A stretch of DNA of 60,581 bases, filler included, from Dimargaris cristalligena (GCA_003614675.1; 10 parts of 10 records of this genome joined end to end with filler, not necessarily neighbours in it), one strand, 5' to 3'; shown: positions 25,421 through 37,144, numbered from the whole stretch's first letter. The notes: a model not told the origin generated them from the letters alone. Numbers and translations are program-made.

Positions 25421-25612
25421 AACTGCGCCCGTTTTTGAGCCTCGTGATACACCAATTTATATGAAAGTGATTATGGAGTTTTATGTAATATATATATCTA
25501 TCGAGCAGTGACCCGCAATCTGCCAAGTTACAGAGGTTTTTTTAAGTGGCAGTAGACCGGTACCAAAATAAAATTTATATATAAAGTATGTAAACAAGAA
25601 GAATCGGTAGAG

Positions 25613-28600
25613 TTATAAACGACGCTCACGAAGTAGTTGTAGTCTTTCCTGAATTGACCGGGTAGTATGCACGCTGTGGGAGTTTCGAACCAGTTTAGGG
25701 TCCAGGTTTTTCGATTTCGACCCACCTGTCCTATCAGCCGCCGTACGGGATGCCAAAGCGGCTAGGCCAAAGTTGTTATTACACGATCGCTTACGTACTG
25801 GAATATCTTTCTCACTCTCCTCGAGCAGCACAATTTGGCCTAACCCTGGCCGGGTGTTTTCGTCTGCGACTGGGCGACTGGAGCTACGATTAAGGTGAGA
25901 TAAGGCAAGGGGTCGTCCAGGGTGTACGGATGATTTTGTAGACGCCAATACTTGCACCGGTTCTGTCTCAGGTGTGAGTGTGTGTGGGGCCGGGGCCAGC
26001 GGGGAAGTGTCCCGTTTTCGTTTAGCTCCGGTTGGGGTTTTATTGAAGCGGATGGGTTCAGGTGGGGTGATCGTTGTCGTTGTCATTGTCTTGAGTTTTG
26101 TGGGCACAAGTGGTTTAGATATGATGGTGGTTTTGTTCGGCGACCACATAATAGCGGTGCGCCGAAGTTGAACTTTTTTCATTTCCTGCAGCATTTGCAA
26201 CATCTTATCCTGGGCCTTGTCAGTTGCGCCATTTGCTGCTCCGGAATTGGCGGGCTGGAGCGGATTTTGAAAGCGGTGCAGGGCTGAACCCACCAGTGGA
26301 TTGGCACGGGGCGATCTAGAGGGACCGGCTTTGGTGGCAGATTGCAAACCAGGAGCCGTGTTTTGACTCTGTGACCGGTGGATTTGATCCGCCCGGTCCT
26401 GGATAGACTGACACATACGAAGCCCCGAGGCCATATTCGGGTTAGAAACACCATCCGGCCCGCCACTCGAATGGGCTAAGGCGAACACCCGCAAGAAGCG
26501 GCCCATGGCTGACGAAGGAAGAGGTGGCGGTGGTGGAGGAGGTGGTGGGGGCGGCGGGGGTGGTGGGGCAGCAGTCCTAAATAACAGGGAGGCCGCTGAA
26601 GATATGGGAGTATGCGTGTCGTTGGGAGGACAGCTACTCCGGCCACCAGGTCCGATATTCAGACGACCGAATGAATTATGAGAAGTAGCTGGGCTGTTTT
26701 GGGTCAATTTGGACAACTGCTGTCTAAGCAGATGTACCTCTTGTTCAAGTTGCTGGATTTTTCGATTCTTATCGAGTAGCAGCTCATCTTTGACTGGCTC
26801 CAAGGTGTGCCGGTGGGACTCGCTACTTGGATGGTTAATGGCCGTTTGCGAGGTCCCTGAAGATAGCTCTAGGTGGGCCATCGGGGAATGTTTGGCCGTA
26901 CCACGTCTAGCATCACAAGTACCACTGATACCACCATCACCTGGCCGATCAGACCTGGCTTCTGGCGACTGATGCATGGGACTACCCACCGGCAAGTCCA
27001 TTTTAGGAGGCGAGACGGGATCGGCGGTTGCCGGTGCTTTGCCCTTACGTAAGGATTTGGAACGGGGGGAGGGAGTGTCGGGAACCGAAACCACGTCATG
27101 GTCCATGCCGGGGGTAAGCCGAAGGAGTTCCTCTGGTGGGCCGATAGGGTGATCAGCTATAGGAAGTCGCACGACAGAACCAGATAAACGTCGGGCTCGT
27201 GGTGGGGGAGCATATTCAAGTACTTGGCCACGATCGGCATGGTGCGGAGGGATAGGGGGTCGCGGGGCCTGGCTATCTACACTGTTATTACGGGGTCGAC
27301 CGGCAGGACGGGCTGTGGGCAGTTTCAGAGCCGGGGGCGGGGAGCCCCAAGTACTGAGGCTAGGTCCTAAAAAGGGTTGGATGTGGGAGCCCGGGGATGG
27401 AATTCCGCCATAATGGGAGGGAGTGTTTTCCCCACCATTTTCCTGATTTAGAGAGTTCCATCTGCCCTCTCCGATATCCCCGGAACGACCAATGGTTTGA
27501 TTGAAGGTAGCTTTATCACTGCTGATGGCCGATTGTGAATTAGTGATAGTTAAGGGGGGGCGTAAGCTCCGTAAGGGAGGCGGCATAGATAAATTGGCCA
27601 TATCCTGTCTACGCTTACGTGTACTAAGATTTGAGGCTACCGACGGAACGGCCGGTGGTTCGCCACCCGGGTTGGCTATTGCACGGGTAGGTACTTCCTC
27701 GGGGGGGATAGCCGGGGATGGTTTGGAGCCAGTAGCATTTGAACTCGCGGCTACCAAGGGCAGCGGGTTAGCCACACGGGGACGAATTGGGGCGGTCCGT
27801 CGAAAAGTGCGAGCACTTGTCGGAGTAATGTGTGCCGGGGATGGATGGAGATTCGGCCGCCAACCTGCAGGCCGGCCTGCTGACTGGGATGATACCTTGG
27901 AGTTAATAATATCCTTCCAATTAAAAAAGACACCCGATGGCTGGGGAGTGACACTGCCGCCGGTAGCTGTGATCGCCACATCGGTCGGAGTCGGGGTGCA
28001 GGAAACGGGCCCCACGCCGGAGGAGGGGTGCCCCGATGAACTGGATCGCTGTTGGAGATGCCGGGACCAATGGCCAGTAGAGGGGGCCGTAGTCTGAGGG
28101 GCAGCAGTCCCCACCGGAAGGGTCGGCGTGGATATAGGGTTGGAGACTACTGCTATAACCTTAGGGGCCTGGAGAGCAGTACCCGAAGGACAACCAGTCT
28201 GAGAACTTGGTACTGGCTGGGGGTCTGGGATATGGATGGGGGTATTGGCCTGGTGAGTCACGGGTACAGGAGTAGGGTTCTTGGGAATAAACTGACGCTG
28301 AATCGGTATAAATTGGGGACGAGCAGGTGCAGCCTGGAAATCGTTCGTTCGACGCGTCACGGGGTGAGATAGCGACGCTTCGGACGATTCCGATTCACTG
28401 CAGATGGATTCTGCTTCGTCACCCTTTGGGGCTTCCGTTTCGGAAGTATACTCCGATCCATCTTCTTCCGGTGGTGGGCCGGCCATGGCGGTGGGCCGAC
28501 TGGTAGGTCGTGCGGAGCGCCCGTAAGGCTCCTCACTATCAGCGCTGCGGGGACTACTGTCACCGGGCGAAGAGAACCAGTCAACCACCTCGGTCCGAAT

Positions 28601-28792
28601 CGGGTGGGGCGTAGTGGTAGAATGGGCTGCGGCAGTTGAATTCGGATAGCCCAGTATGTTAAGGACGGACGAGAATAGGCCCCGCGACGAGGAAGAGGGA
28701 GTGGAGTTGGAAACCCTTAGCCCGGGGCGCTGGGCCGGCATCCGACGAGCACCACGGACTCGCCGGTCTCTGGGGTGACGTGGGGTAGTCAT
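25613..28792 (-). CDS. large disordered Ser/Pro-rich protein with coiled coil, polyproline and WH2-like motif (MTFR/PRR11-like C-terminal module)
   Basis: Uninterrupted 1059-codon ORF from ATG 28792. Contains KIQQLEQEVHLLRQQLSKL, a long poly-Pro run and MLQMLQEMKKVQLRRTAIMWSP. Confidence 0.75.
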   Translation of the reverse strand: MTTPRHPRDRRVRGARRMPAQRPGLRVSNSTPSSSSRGLFSSVLNILGYPNSTAAAHSTTTPHPIRTEVVDWFSSPGDSSPRSADSEEPYGRSARPTSRPTAMAGPPPEEDGSEYTSETEAPKGDEAESICSESESSEASLSHPVTRRTNDFQAAPARPQFIPIQRQFIPKNPTPVPVTHQANTPIHIPDPQPVPSSQTGCPSGTALQAPKVIAVVSNPISTPTLPVGTAAPQTTAPSTGHWSRHLQQRSSSSGHPSSGVGPVSCTPTPTDVAITATGGSVTPQPSGVFFNWKDIINSKVSSQSAGRPAGWRPNLHPSPAHITPTSARTFRRTAPIRPRVANPLPLVAASSNATGSKPSPAIPPEEVPTRAIANPGGEPPAVPSVASNLSTRKRRQDMANLSMPPPLRSLRPPLTITNSQSAISSDKATFNQTIGRSGDIGEGRWNSLNQENGGENTPSHYGGIPSPGSHIQPFLGPSLSTWGSPPPALKLPTARPAGRPRNNSVDSQAPRPPIPPHHADRGQVLEYAPPPRARRLSGSVVRLPIADHPIGPPEELLRLTPGMDHDVVSVPDTPSPRSKSLRKGKAPATADPVSPPKMDLPVGSPMHQSPEARSDRPGDGGISGTCDARRGTAKHSPMAHLELSSGTSQTAINHPSSESHRHTLEPVKDELLLDKNRKIQQLEQEVHLLRQQLSKLTQNSPATSHNSFGRLNIGPGGRSSCPPNDTHTPISSAASLLFRTAAPPPPPPPPPPPPPPPLPSSAMGRFLRVFALAHSSGGPDGVSNPNMASGLRMCQSIQDRADQIHRSQSQNTAPGLQSATKAGPSRSPRANPLVGSALHRFQNPLQPANSGAANGATDKAQDKMLQMLQEMKKVQLRRTAIMWSPNKTTIISKPLVPTKLKTMTTTTITPPEPIRFNKTPTGAKRKRDTSPLAPAPHTLTPETEPVQVLASTKSSVHPGRPLALSHLNRSSSRPVADENTRPGLGQIVLLEESEKDIPVRKRSCNNNFGLAALASRTAADRTGGSKSKNLDPKLVRNSHSVHTTRSIQERLQLLRERRL

Positions 28793-30390
28793 GCTCACGG
28801 GAATGGGTTATATAAAGCAGAGGATTTGTAGAAATATACCAGGAGAAGCAAAGTACAGGATAAAAAAAAGAGGTATGTGAAGGTATATGTTTTCAGGGGT
28901 GGAGCCGGCATACGTGTGAGAGGTCACGGCGGCAGGGACATATATACGGCCAGACGACGCGAGAAGGGGAAGTGAATGAGTTGCTCATAGAGCAGCCAGC
29001 ATTTACAAACGATAAGTACTATTTAAAAAGGAATGGAGAGTGGGAAAAAGAAGGGAGTACCAGAGTACTTCCAGGCTACGCGATATAAACGTAATTCAAA
29101 CTCAGATGCCAGACCCTCCTCTCCTTCCGGATAATGCTTTGGCTGTGAGAGTTGCTGGTCTGTTAGTCAAGGGCCCAAACTAAGTGCGCTTGGAAAGAAT
29201 ATCCCATGGTTCAGTGTTTACCTCCCACCACACTGGAAACTATTATTAGTGGCCCAGCTGGATACCAAGGGGCTCACCAGGTTAATCGAACGGCACAAAG
29301 TCCAAGCCAAACTCCAGACTCCGACTGTTGCTATTTCCGCAATCCCATGGTTACACAGCTTATATACTGGATACAGGCGTATCTGGTGTTATTGACACTG
29401 GGTGATTAATACGACTATAGACCTAGCGGCCGCATATCTAATTTGTAAAGGCACCTGGTCTATACTTAGGGCAGGTAGTGCCTATACAAAACAAAGTAAT
29501 AATACAAAACATCTCAGAGCATAAATCGGCTTCCCGAATAGGCAATACCAATAAGATCTGTAATACAAGACTCGAACGATTGTCCAAATGATGGCAAGTA
29601 TTATATATACGCGTCCACTTTATCCAGTATTCAACTCCACTCGACTACACTATTGTTTGGTCCAATTCCATCAATGAGGCGCCCTGATATCAATGCCCGG
29701 TGAAAATTATCGTCAGAAAAAACTCTCAACATACTATATTCCCACAACAATAATACAACATTACTTACCCACAGGTTCTTATACCTATTAAAATGGCTAC
29801 GGTGCAGCCCAGCCCCTTTAGCCCGAATCGATTTATCGGCTCGATTACAGCAGACAGGTCTCGATACCCCCAAATCTACCGCAATCTGTATCCGTATCGT
29901 TCGTGCATTGATCTAAATCGGAGAAGTTTATTCGATAACCAGAAATTTATGGAGCCATAACAACATAGTGCTGCGGATTTAAAATTATTTCTAAGCCAGT
30001 GCTACTTGGATGTCATATGGTGTTCTCTATTCGCAAACGAATGAGAACTTCAGTCATGGATATTCCTGTAACCTCTTCAGATAATTCCCAAAAGAAATAT
30101 ATTCCATGGTTGACATTTACCCCTGATCGCAGACATCCAGAATACCCTTCCCCCACACACGCACACCTACACACCATCTCTTAGGAACATTTTGTTATAA
30201 ATGCTAGGAAAAACCATAAATTATGTCAACAGCATATCGAGTGCCTTTAAAATGTTGCTGCAGGACTGTTTACACAACCCACGAATCTGAACAGTTTACT
30301 GGCGGGTCAAAAAAATCTAGGTAAAGATACTCTTTGTCAGCACCTTATAATGATTACCTCCAGCCAGTCGGGACCTCTTAATATCAAAAA

Positions 30391-30490
30391 NNNNNNNNNN
30401 NNNNNNNNNNNNNNNNNNNNNNNNNNNNNNNNNNTTAATTAATTAANNNNNNNNNNNNNNNNNNNNNNNNNNNNNNNNNNNNNNNNNNNN
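30391..30490. other. artificial contig spacer
   Basis: N run with TTAATTAATTAA. Confidence 0.97.
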
Positions 30491-30519
30491 ACAATATAAT
30501 AATGAAAATGGAGGAAAAA

Positions 30520-30642
30520 TGACCATACTCATCAGGGGCAAGGGCAGGGGCTCATTCACTCATCAGGGGCGTACTTCCGATAAGTGCAAAAAATGGATTA
30601 AAAATAAAAGTAGGTAAAAAATGTGGTAAGTTCACCACAATT
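30520..30642 (+). repeat. dispersed repeat family 1, less mutated copy, possible element terminus
   Basis: Homologous to 6363-6484. Internal CTCATCAGGGGC duplication. Ends in hairpin TGTGGT-AAGTTC-ACCACA, after which homology stops. Confidence 0.85.
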
Positions 30643-31230
30643 TCCAAGAAATATTACCCCTTCTACTAACCAGTTGTCTTTCTTGGGCCATGCTGCCCTC
30701 ATTCCCCTATTTGCTACTTTATATGTAATATAAGTATTCACCATTCCCAAAAGTATTAGTACCATCTCTGATTTATTATAGTCCTCTCTTGTAGCCTATT
30801 TGCTACTTCATAAGTATTACCTTTGAAACTATTTCTGAGAATTATGAAATCTACCATCAACTGGTTATGTTGCTAGGGCCATGCTGCTCACTATCTCTTA
30901 TTTGTTCTTTCACAAGGATTACCTTAGTAGGTATTTCCCAGAAGTAAACTACTTTCTTTTGATTAGTAGGCTTCATATGAGACCATGCTTCCCCCTCTCT
31001 TTAATTTGACTATTTACTATTGTCCATTTATATTATCATGTGATTATAATAAAATCCAGTTTACTAAAAGAAGATATTATCCCTTTCCCTACTAACTCCC
31101 ATCTGACACTATCCATATCCAAAATATATATAGCAACCTTTTTCTCCCTTCTTATAGTCAATATTGTCTATTATCATTACCTCTCGCCCACCAAGACTGC
31201 CCCCTGCCCACCAAGACTGCCCTACCCACC

Positions 31231-32295
31231 ATGACTGCCCCCAACTCCCCTACCATGAGTCCCCTCCCTACCAACACTACTTCCCTGAGCCCCCTCCCTA
31301 GCATCACCCCTCCCTCCAGTCCCTTGTCCACTACCACTGAACCAGAACCTATGGCCACTGAGTTAGCCACCACCACCACCACCAAAGATCAGGACCCCCT
31401 CCCTGCCAAGATAGTTACCACCACCAGTACCAACACTGCCACCACTGACCTGGAACCCAAGCCAGCTACCACCATGACCACCATGACCACCAGCACCAAG
31501 GACCAAGACCACCTCCCTACAAAGTCAGCCACCACCACTGCCACTGCCACCAGGAGATCCAGCAAAAGGCCCCTTCCCCTCAATAGGGCTTCCCTCTTCA
31601 AGCCCTTGAAGTATCATATGGTGTCTTGTTTGGAAGGTGCTGACATCCTAGACAAGACCCATGAGGGCTGTCATTATGGCCCCTATGTCCTATATGACAG
31701 ACTTTGCAGCCAGAATGTCACTTGGAAGACAATTGGTCTTGATGTTTTCACTATCACTGCTGAGTGTGAGATATGTAAGTGGGTAACTACTTCACCGTAT
31801 TTCCCCCCACCCCCCCTGCCTTAGGTTCAGGCAGAGTTGGAGTATTATTGTCTTCCCTCCACTTGTCAGGTAGTGCCCCCTCCCTCACCTACCTCCTCCC
31901 AGTCCAGTCCTTTTAAGCAGCCCAAGGTGCCCACAGTCAACAAGTCCACCACCAGTCCCACTAGGCCCACTACCAGTCCCACCAATAGTAACACTAGGTC
32001 CACCATTCTCACTGCTTCCAAGAGGTCTGCTTACAATGATGTTAGTAGCTGCAGCAGTTTCACCAAAAGGTCCTACATTAGTGACTCTGAAACTGAGTGG
32101 TCTGATAGATCATCTTATTCTGACTTCAGCCATGTGTCCAGAGGCCCCAGATCTAAGCTTCCTGGAATCCCTAAGCACATCTTCAAAGTGAGGCCCAAGG
32201 ACCCCACCTTTGGTCCCCCCGTTGTCAAAAAGTTAAAGACCAAAGAGGGTGAAACTACTTATAACACAATCTATAACATCAACTATTATAAATAG
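31231..32295 (+). pseudogene. Thr/Pro-rich protein with integrase H2C2 zinc-binding domain, interrupted at TAG 31822-31824
   Basis: ILDKTHEGCHYGPYVLYDRL…VTWKTIGLDV…CEIC (31642-31779) fits the retroelement integrase HHCC fold. ORFs 31231 and 31837 share a frame. No DDE core is visible. Confidence 0.6.
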
Positions 32296-32699
32296 AGGCA
32301 TTCTTTTTCTTTGTCATTTTTCTTAATAAAATTATCATTAGATTTATTATGTACTGGTTGTTTATGATGGTTATGATATTGACTATGCCTTTATTATATG
32401 TTTAGATGATGTGGTGAACAAAGCAAGTTATACTTTAGAAGTTGAGTTCCCTGTAATGTAGTAATTGTGAGATATTAGTAATAAAGTGCATACCTTATTG
32501 AAACAAAGTGAATTACTGATGATGGATTAGTATTAAAAATTTGGCTATGTCATTTGAGTGACTTGGGTGATGAGACTATTAATACTATGTCTTTGACTTT
32601 TTGTATAGTAGTAGAGCATATATAGAAACTAGATTATTCACTTATCAACTATACCAAGAGACCATCTCAGTAATAGACAACTATTTTCCTATAGTAGTC

Positions 32700-33600
32700 T
32701 TGCCAATAGGATGGTGGGTATGCCTCTCCTACCTTCCTTAGTTAAGGGTTACTGAGTAGCTACTTGGAGTGTAGCAAGTAAGGGATAGCTAAATAGCCCC
32801 CTTATCTCCTATACTAGGCCACTGTCATGGTAGACTACTGCAACTGTCTCATAGTTGACATTGCCTTTAGAAAATGGGGTATGCCTCTCCCCCCTTCCTA
32901 AGTTGTAGTAAACTAGATAGTCACCTAGTAAAGTAAGTAAGATACAGACTCATTCCCTATCTACCTTACTATATCACTGACTATACTGAAAACTACCACT
33001 AGCTTATAGTAGTCTGGCTTACTGAGTGACCAGCTCAGGGTCTCTTTTAGGGCTTACCTCCCTATGCCAAGTCTTACAATAGACAGTGGGTGATAGTCAT
33101 AGTATCCCCTTAACTGCTATACTGAGTAACTGCCTTAGTATAGTACTACTATAGTCTCATAGTTGACTTAGTCTTAGGAAAGAGTGTATGCATCCCCCCC
33201 TCCCTAAGTTGTACCACTCTAAGTAGCTACCCAGTTTAAGTAGTGAGTTAAAGTTATACTATTTCCCTAACTGTCCTATGGTGCCATTGTCTTTCAATAA
33301 GACTGCTACCACTACATAGCACCCTGGCTATAGTGAGGAGAGTCTGCCTTTCTCCCCATCTACTTGGGCTAACTGAATGACCAGCTCAGAGCCTAACTAT
33401 ATCCCTTACTTCATACTATGTAGATGACATTAGTATAAGAGAACTACTATCTCAGTATACTACAGTATATGGTTAGAGGGTATGTATCCCCCCCTCCCAA
33501 GATTATAGTGTTCCAGGTAGTACTCCACTACTATACCAAGACCACCTACACTATACCCCACCTAAGGCTGTGGCATAATGAGTGACCAGCCCAGAGCCCA
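32700..33600. repeat. degenerate tandem array (about 150/300-bp period)
   Basis: GGGTATGCCTCTCC(C)n-CCTAAGTT-like motif recurs near 32716, 32877, 33184 and 33478. GTCTCATAGTTGAC occurs at 32846 and 33153. TGA(G/A)TGACCAGC occurs three times. Confidence 0.7.
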
Positions 33601-34196
33601 CCTAACTAGCTGCTGCCTCAGCTATCTCTCTTCATGCCCTACTGGGCCTTTGCCTTGAGGGAGTGATTATCTCTGCCCCCATTTCCCAGCCCCACCCCCA
33701 AGACTGGGAGGCTAGCCATACTTCAGACCCCAAAAAAAGTATAGCTGCACCATTCTGGGTGCCCCCTTTCTCAGGCTATCCCTGTATGCAGTTTAAGGAC
33801 TTACCCAGGTCCATGTATTATGGCCTCACCAGGCTGGGGCTTAAGGCCCCCCAGGCCATGATTGTAAGGGCCCCCACATCCCCAGGTACCCTCCCAGCCC
33901 CCACCCAGGTAAGACTCCCCTCACTACCTTAAGAGGGTTGAGAGGCCATCTGCCGGAGACCCCCTTCTCATGGTTAAAACGGGTCATTCAGGCAAAACAA
34001 GTCTGCAGCTAAATTTCATGGTATATTATTAAATTCTCAAACTTACTGAGAGCCTATAATTAAATATAGAAATTCTTACTGATCATTCCCATAATTTGAT
34101 GCATGCCAGCTCAAAAAAACAAATGTAAACAACTAAATATTATTGTAAGCAATCAAAATGTAAATAAATAAATTTAAAGTAAACAAAAACATAAAA

Positions 34197-34329
34197 ATAG
34201 ATAACAATTATAGATTCAGACTCAGAAAAGATAGGGGATTCAAACTCAGCATAGATAAGATATTAAAACTCAGCATAGATAACAATTATAGATTCAGACT
34301 CAGAAAAGATGGGAGATTCAAACTCAGAC
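34197..34329. repeat. direct duplication, 78-bp period, with AAACTCAG submotif
   Basis: ATAACAATTATAGATTCAGACTCAGAAAAGAT at 34201 and 34279. Confidence 0.85.
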
Positions 34330-36460
34330 CCAAATAGATATGAATTTCAAACTCAGACTGAAAAAAAAATATATAGGTATATGAATTAGGAAAAGTCATT
34401 ACACTATTTTATTGCAATAAAGGGAATAGTTTTATAAGCTAATTTAGGTTATTTAAGAGCCAAAACAGGTGTCATATTAAAGATTGAGTAGCTCAAAGTA
34501 GGTTAAAATAAAATAGTAAGATTGTAATAGAATGGAAACTGTAATAACATTGTGGGGAGTAAAGGTACATTTACAAAAGTTTGATAGAAAATCAATTCTT
34601 AATTGAGCTATCATCTAAGCTATTGTGGGTTATTCTAGATCAAGTGGTTGGCACAGAAATAAAATACCAATCACTTTTGTATATAATTGAGATGTGGGTG
34701 GTACCAGTGGTTGGTATAGTCTGTACTAAACTTTGTAAGATGGTTTTGTTACTGGGTAAAGAGGTGAGTAAGTAAGGACAATAAAGCTGAAAAAAGTTTG
34801 TTTAGAGTATTAAGGAGCATTTCTGGAGGGGTCCACATAATCAGAATTGTGATTGGGGCATTTAATGCATTCCTATGAGAGGTTATTAATAAGGAAGTTG
34901 CATCTATGCACATAAAGTTCATATTTGATGTAATGAAATGGACTGTTAAGGTTCTTTAGTCAAATTGAAACTTAGCTAGGGTGATTTTCAAGTCTAACTT
35001 ATTCCATGTGAAACTCTAGCTAATCTTTAAAGAAGCTAAAGAGTGAGACCTTTATAAGATAGTGTGATGATCAGCAGCATTGGAGAGGGTTTGGGGGTCG
35101 TGAAGTAGAGTAACTAGCCTGGGAATTATTCCATTGTAATTTTTAGGCTAGATTTACTATACTCACCTCTTTAATTGCCATAGCTAAACAGATTTTTAGG
35201 CCTCAAAGGGTCATGATATGTACAGTCCTGCCAGCATCAGTGGACTGTACCTAGTATCCTATATTTATTCTATATTACTTTTTTATACTATATTTAATTC
35301 TATTTAACTCTTTATTATATCTATATCATTATTGTATTTTATGTGCTTAGTACATGCCCATTTGGTATACTATACCCTGTTCAACACCCAGTTAACCATG
35401 AGTCATTTGCCACTTGGTTTATTTTATTATAAGTACCTCCCATACTTATACATATATAACTCTTAGTAGCCTCTTTCTATTTACTCTACACGAGCCCCCA
35501 TTCTAGCTGTATTATAAATTTATTTATTCAGGGCATTGGCCTGTCTCTTCTATGTAAGTCACATTATTATTCTCTATTAATATTACATTCTCTATCTTCT
35601 CTTTTATTACATCTCTGATCCTTTATTTTGTACTATTACCGGAGTTCCCTTGGGCCCTGGATCATTGATTTAATAAAACCAATTCACTTTTATAAACTAT
35701 CTCATGGCCTCCCTATACGCCCTGTTAATACAGTAAGATATATGGAGAACCCGGGCTGGCAGGGCACAATGCCACTAGATGGAGCTGTGGCTGGTAGAGC
35801 CCGCTACATACAGTAAGGGTTCTTTAATTCGGGTCATCCATTTACTAATGAAGCTACTCTACACTTATTCAACTATTCATTCTTTATTTACGAGGGCAGT
35901 TTATTACATAATCGTAGCACTAAGGAAAATAACAAATAGTAATAAAGGCAAGCTGTTTATGCATATTTTGAGAGGGTCAGAGTGGTATTAGTTGGAGGGA
36001 ATTAGAAATGGGATAGGGTTAGTTGGCTAGGCAAAAGTACAGGCGGTCTGTGCGGTACCTTTAAAACCAAGGCTCGGTCAGGGAAACGGCTGTGGCGGCT
36101 GGATTCCCCGGGTCGAACTGGCCTAGAGAAGCTTTTTAAAGGCCTGTCTAGTCCGAATTCGAAGTCCGAGTGGAAAATCGAATGGACATTGGGCCAGCTA
36201 GGACATACCACTTCTTGTTTTTGGGTAGCGCCAGCAGCCACCTGGACCCTCCAAGTAGAACAGCTTTAAAAAATAGTATAGCAAAGCCCTTCACCTGGGA
36301 AACACAATAACCCATCTACCACGTCTCTACGACCACTGGTCACTGAGACACGCCGTTTGAAAAGGGCAAAAAAAGGTCGACTTTATTAGCGAATAAATAC
36401 CAAACAAATAAACCAAATACAACAAAAAAGACACCATTGGAAAGCCCTTGACTGGGCCTA

Positions 36461-36560
36461 NNNNNNNNNNNNNNNNNNNNNNNNNNNNNNNNNNNNNNNN
36501 NNNNTTAATTAATTAANNNNNNNNNNNNNNNNNNNNNNNNNNNNNNNNNNNNNNNNNNNN
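36461..36560. other. artificial contig spacer
   Basis: N run with TTAATTAATTAA. Confidence 0.97.
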
Positions 36561-36633
36561 TAAGCCCTGCCTACCATTAGAAGCCTATCCTTGGGACTCT
36601 TGATGGACTAAGAGTAGTTAACCTGGGTGACAT
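36561..36633 (+). repeat. dispersed repeat family 2, less mutated copy
   Basis: 66/73 identity to 6588-6660. Confidence 0.92.
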
Positions 36634-37144
36634 CAATGAAGTGAGTTTAGGGGTCTGCTGGCTAAGGAAAGGAAGGATCTAAGTTGACCAAGTATGCCAC
36701 CCTTCTTGAGCAATTCAAGGACAATAAGAAAATTATAAAAGCCCCTACCCAGAAATGGTTAGTTCCCTTGGTGAAGGTCAGCTGAGTAGACCAATCTACC
36801 GACACAGACATCCAACCCAAGGCCAGTGGCTCGGGTATTAGAGGCATGGTCCTCCAGCCCCAGTACCCCAACCCCAATTACAGGAGACCGTGGGTAGAAA
36901 CCCCACCAAAGGAAAAACTGGGCCACCTCAAGCCGGCCCAGCTGATCAGCATGAAGTGGCTCAGGCTATAAATTACCAATGTAACCAATGTTCCAAAGGA
37001 TATAGTTCCCGATTTAACCTCGCTTGTCATATGAAACTCCACAATTCGGAAGCTGATTCGTACCCCTGTCCGAAGTGTATGAGAAATTATAATCGTAAAG
37101 ATAATTTAGGTAGGCATATAGGCCGATCCCCAAATTGCCAATAA
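36563..37144 (+). pseudogene. two-finger C2H2 zinc-finger gene with upstream in-frame stops
   Basis: YQCNQCSKGYSSRFNLACHMKLH and YPCPKCMRNYNRKDNLGRH are intact. There is no ATG between the TAG at 36839-36841 and the fingers, and further stops lie upstream in the same frame. Confidence 0.65.

Larger units (their letters stand above)
30491..35600. mobile_element. hypermutated repeat / transposon-derived block
   Basis: About 5 kb with very few CpG. Contains a dispersed repeat, an integrase-type zinc-binding motif and degenerate tandem repeats. Element class not identifiable. Confidence 0.55.

Noticed and set aside
32700-34350. CRISPR-like repeat-spacer array
   Set aside because: Eukaryotic context, degenerate repeats with homologous intervening sequence, and no cas genes.
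34567-34998. Protein-like minus-strand frame in the AT-rich block
   Set aside because: About ten stops in about 143 codons and no recognisable motif; not distinguishable from random AT-rich DNA.
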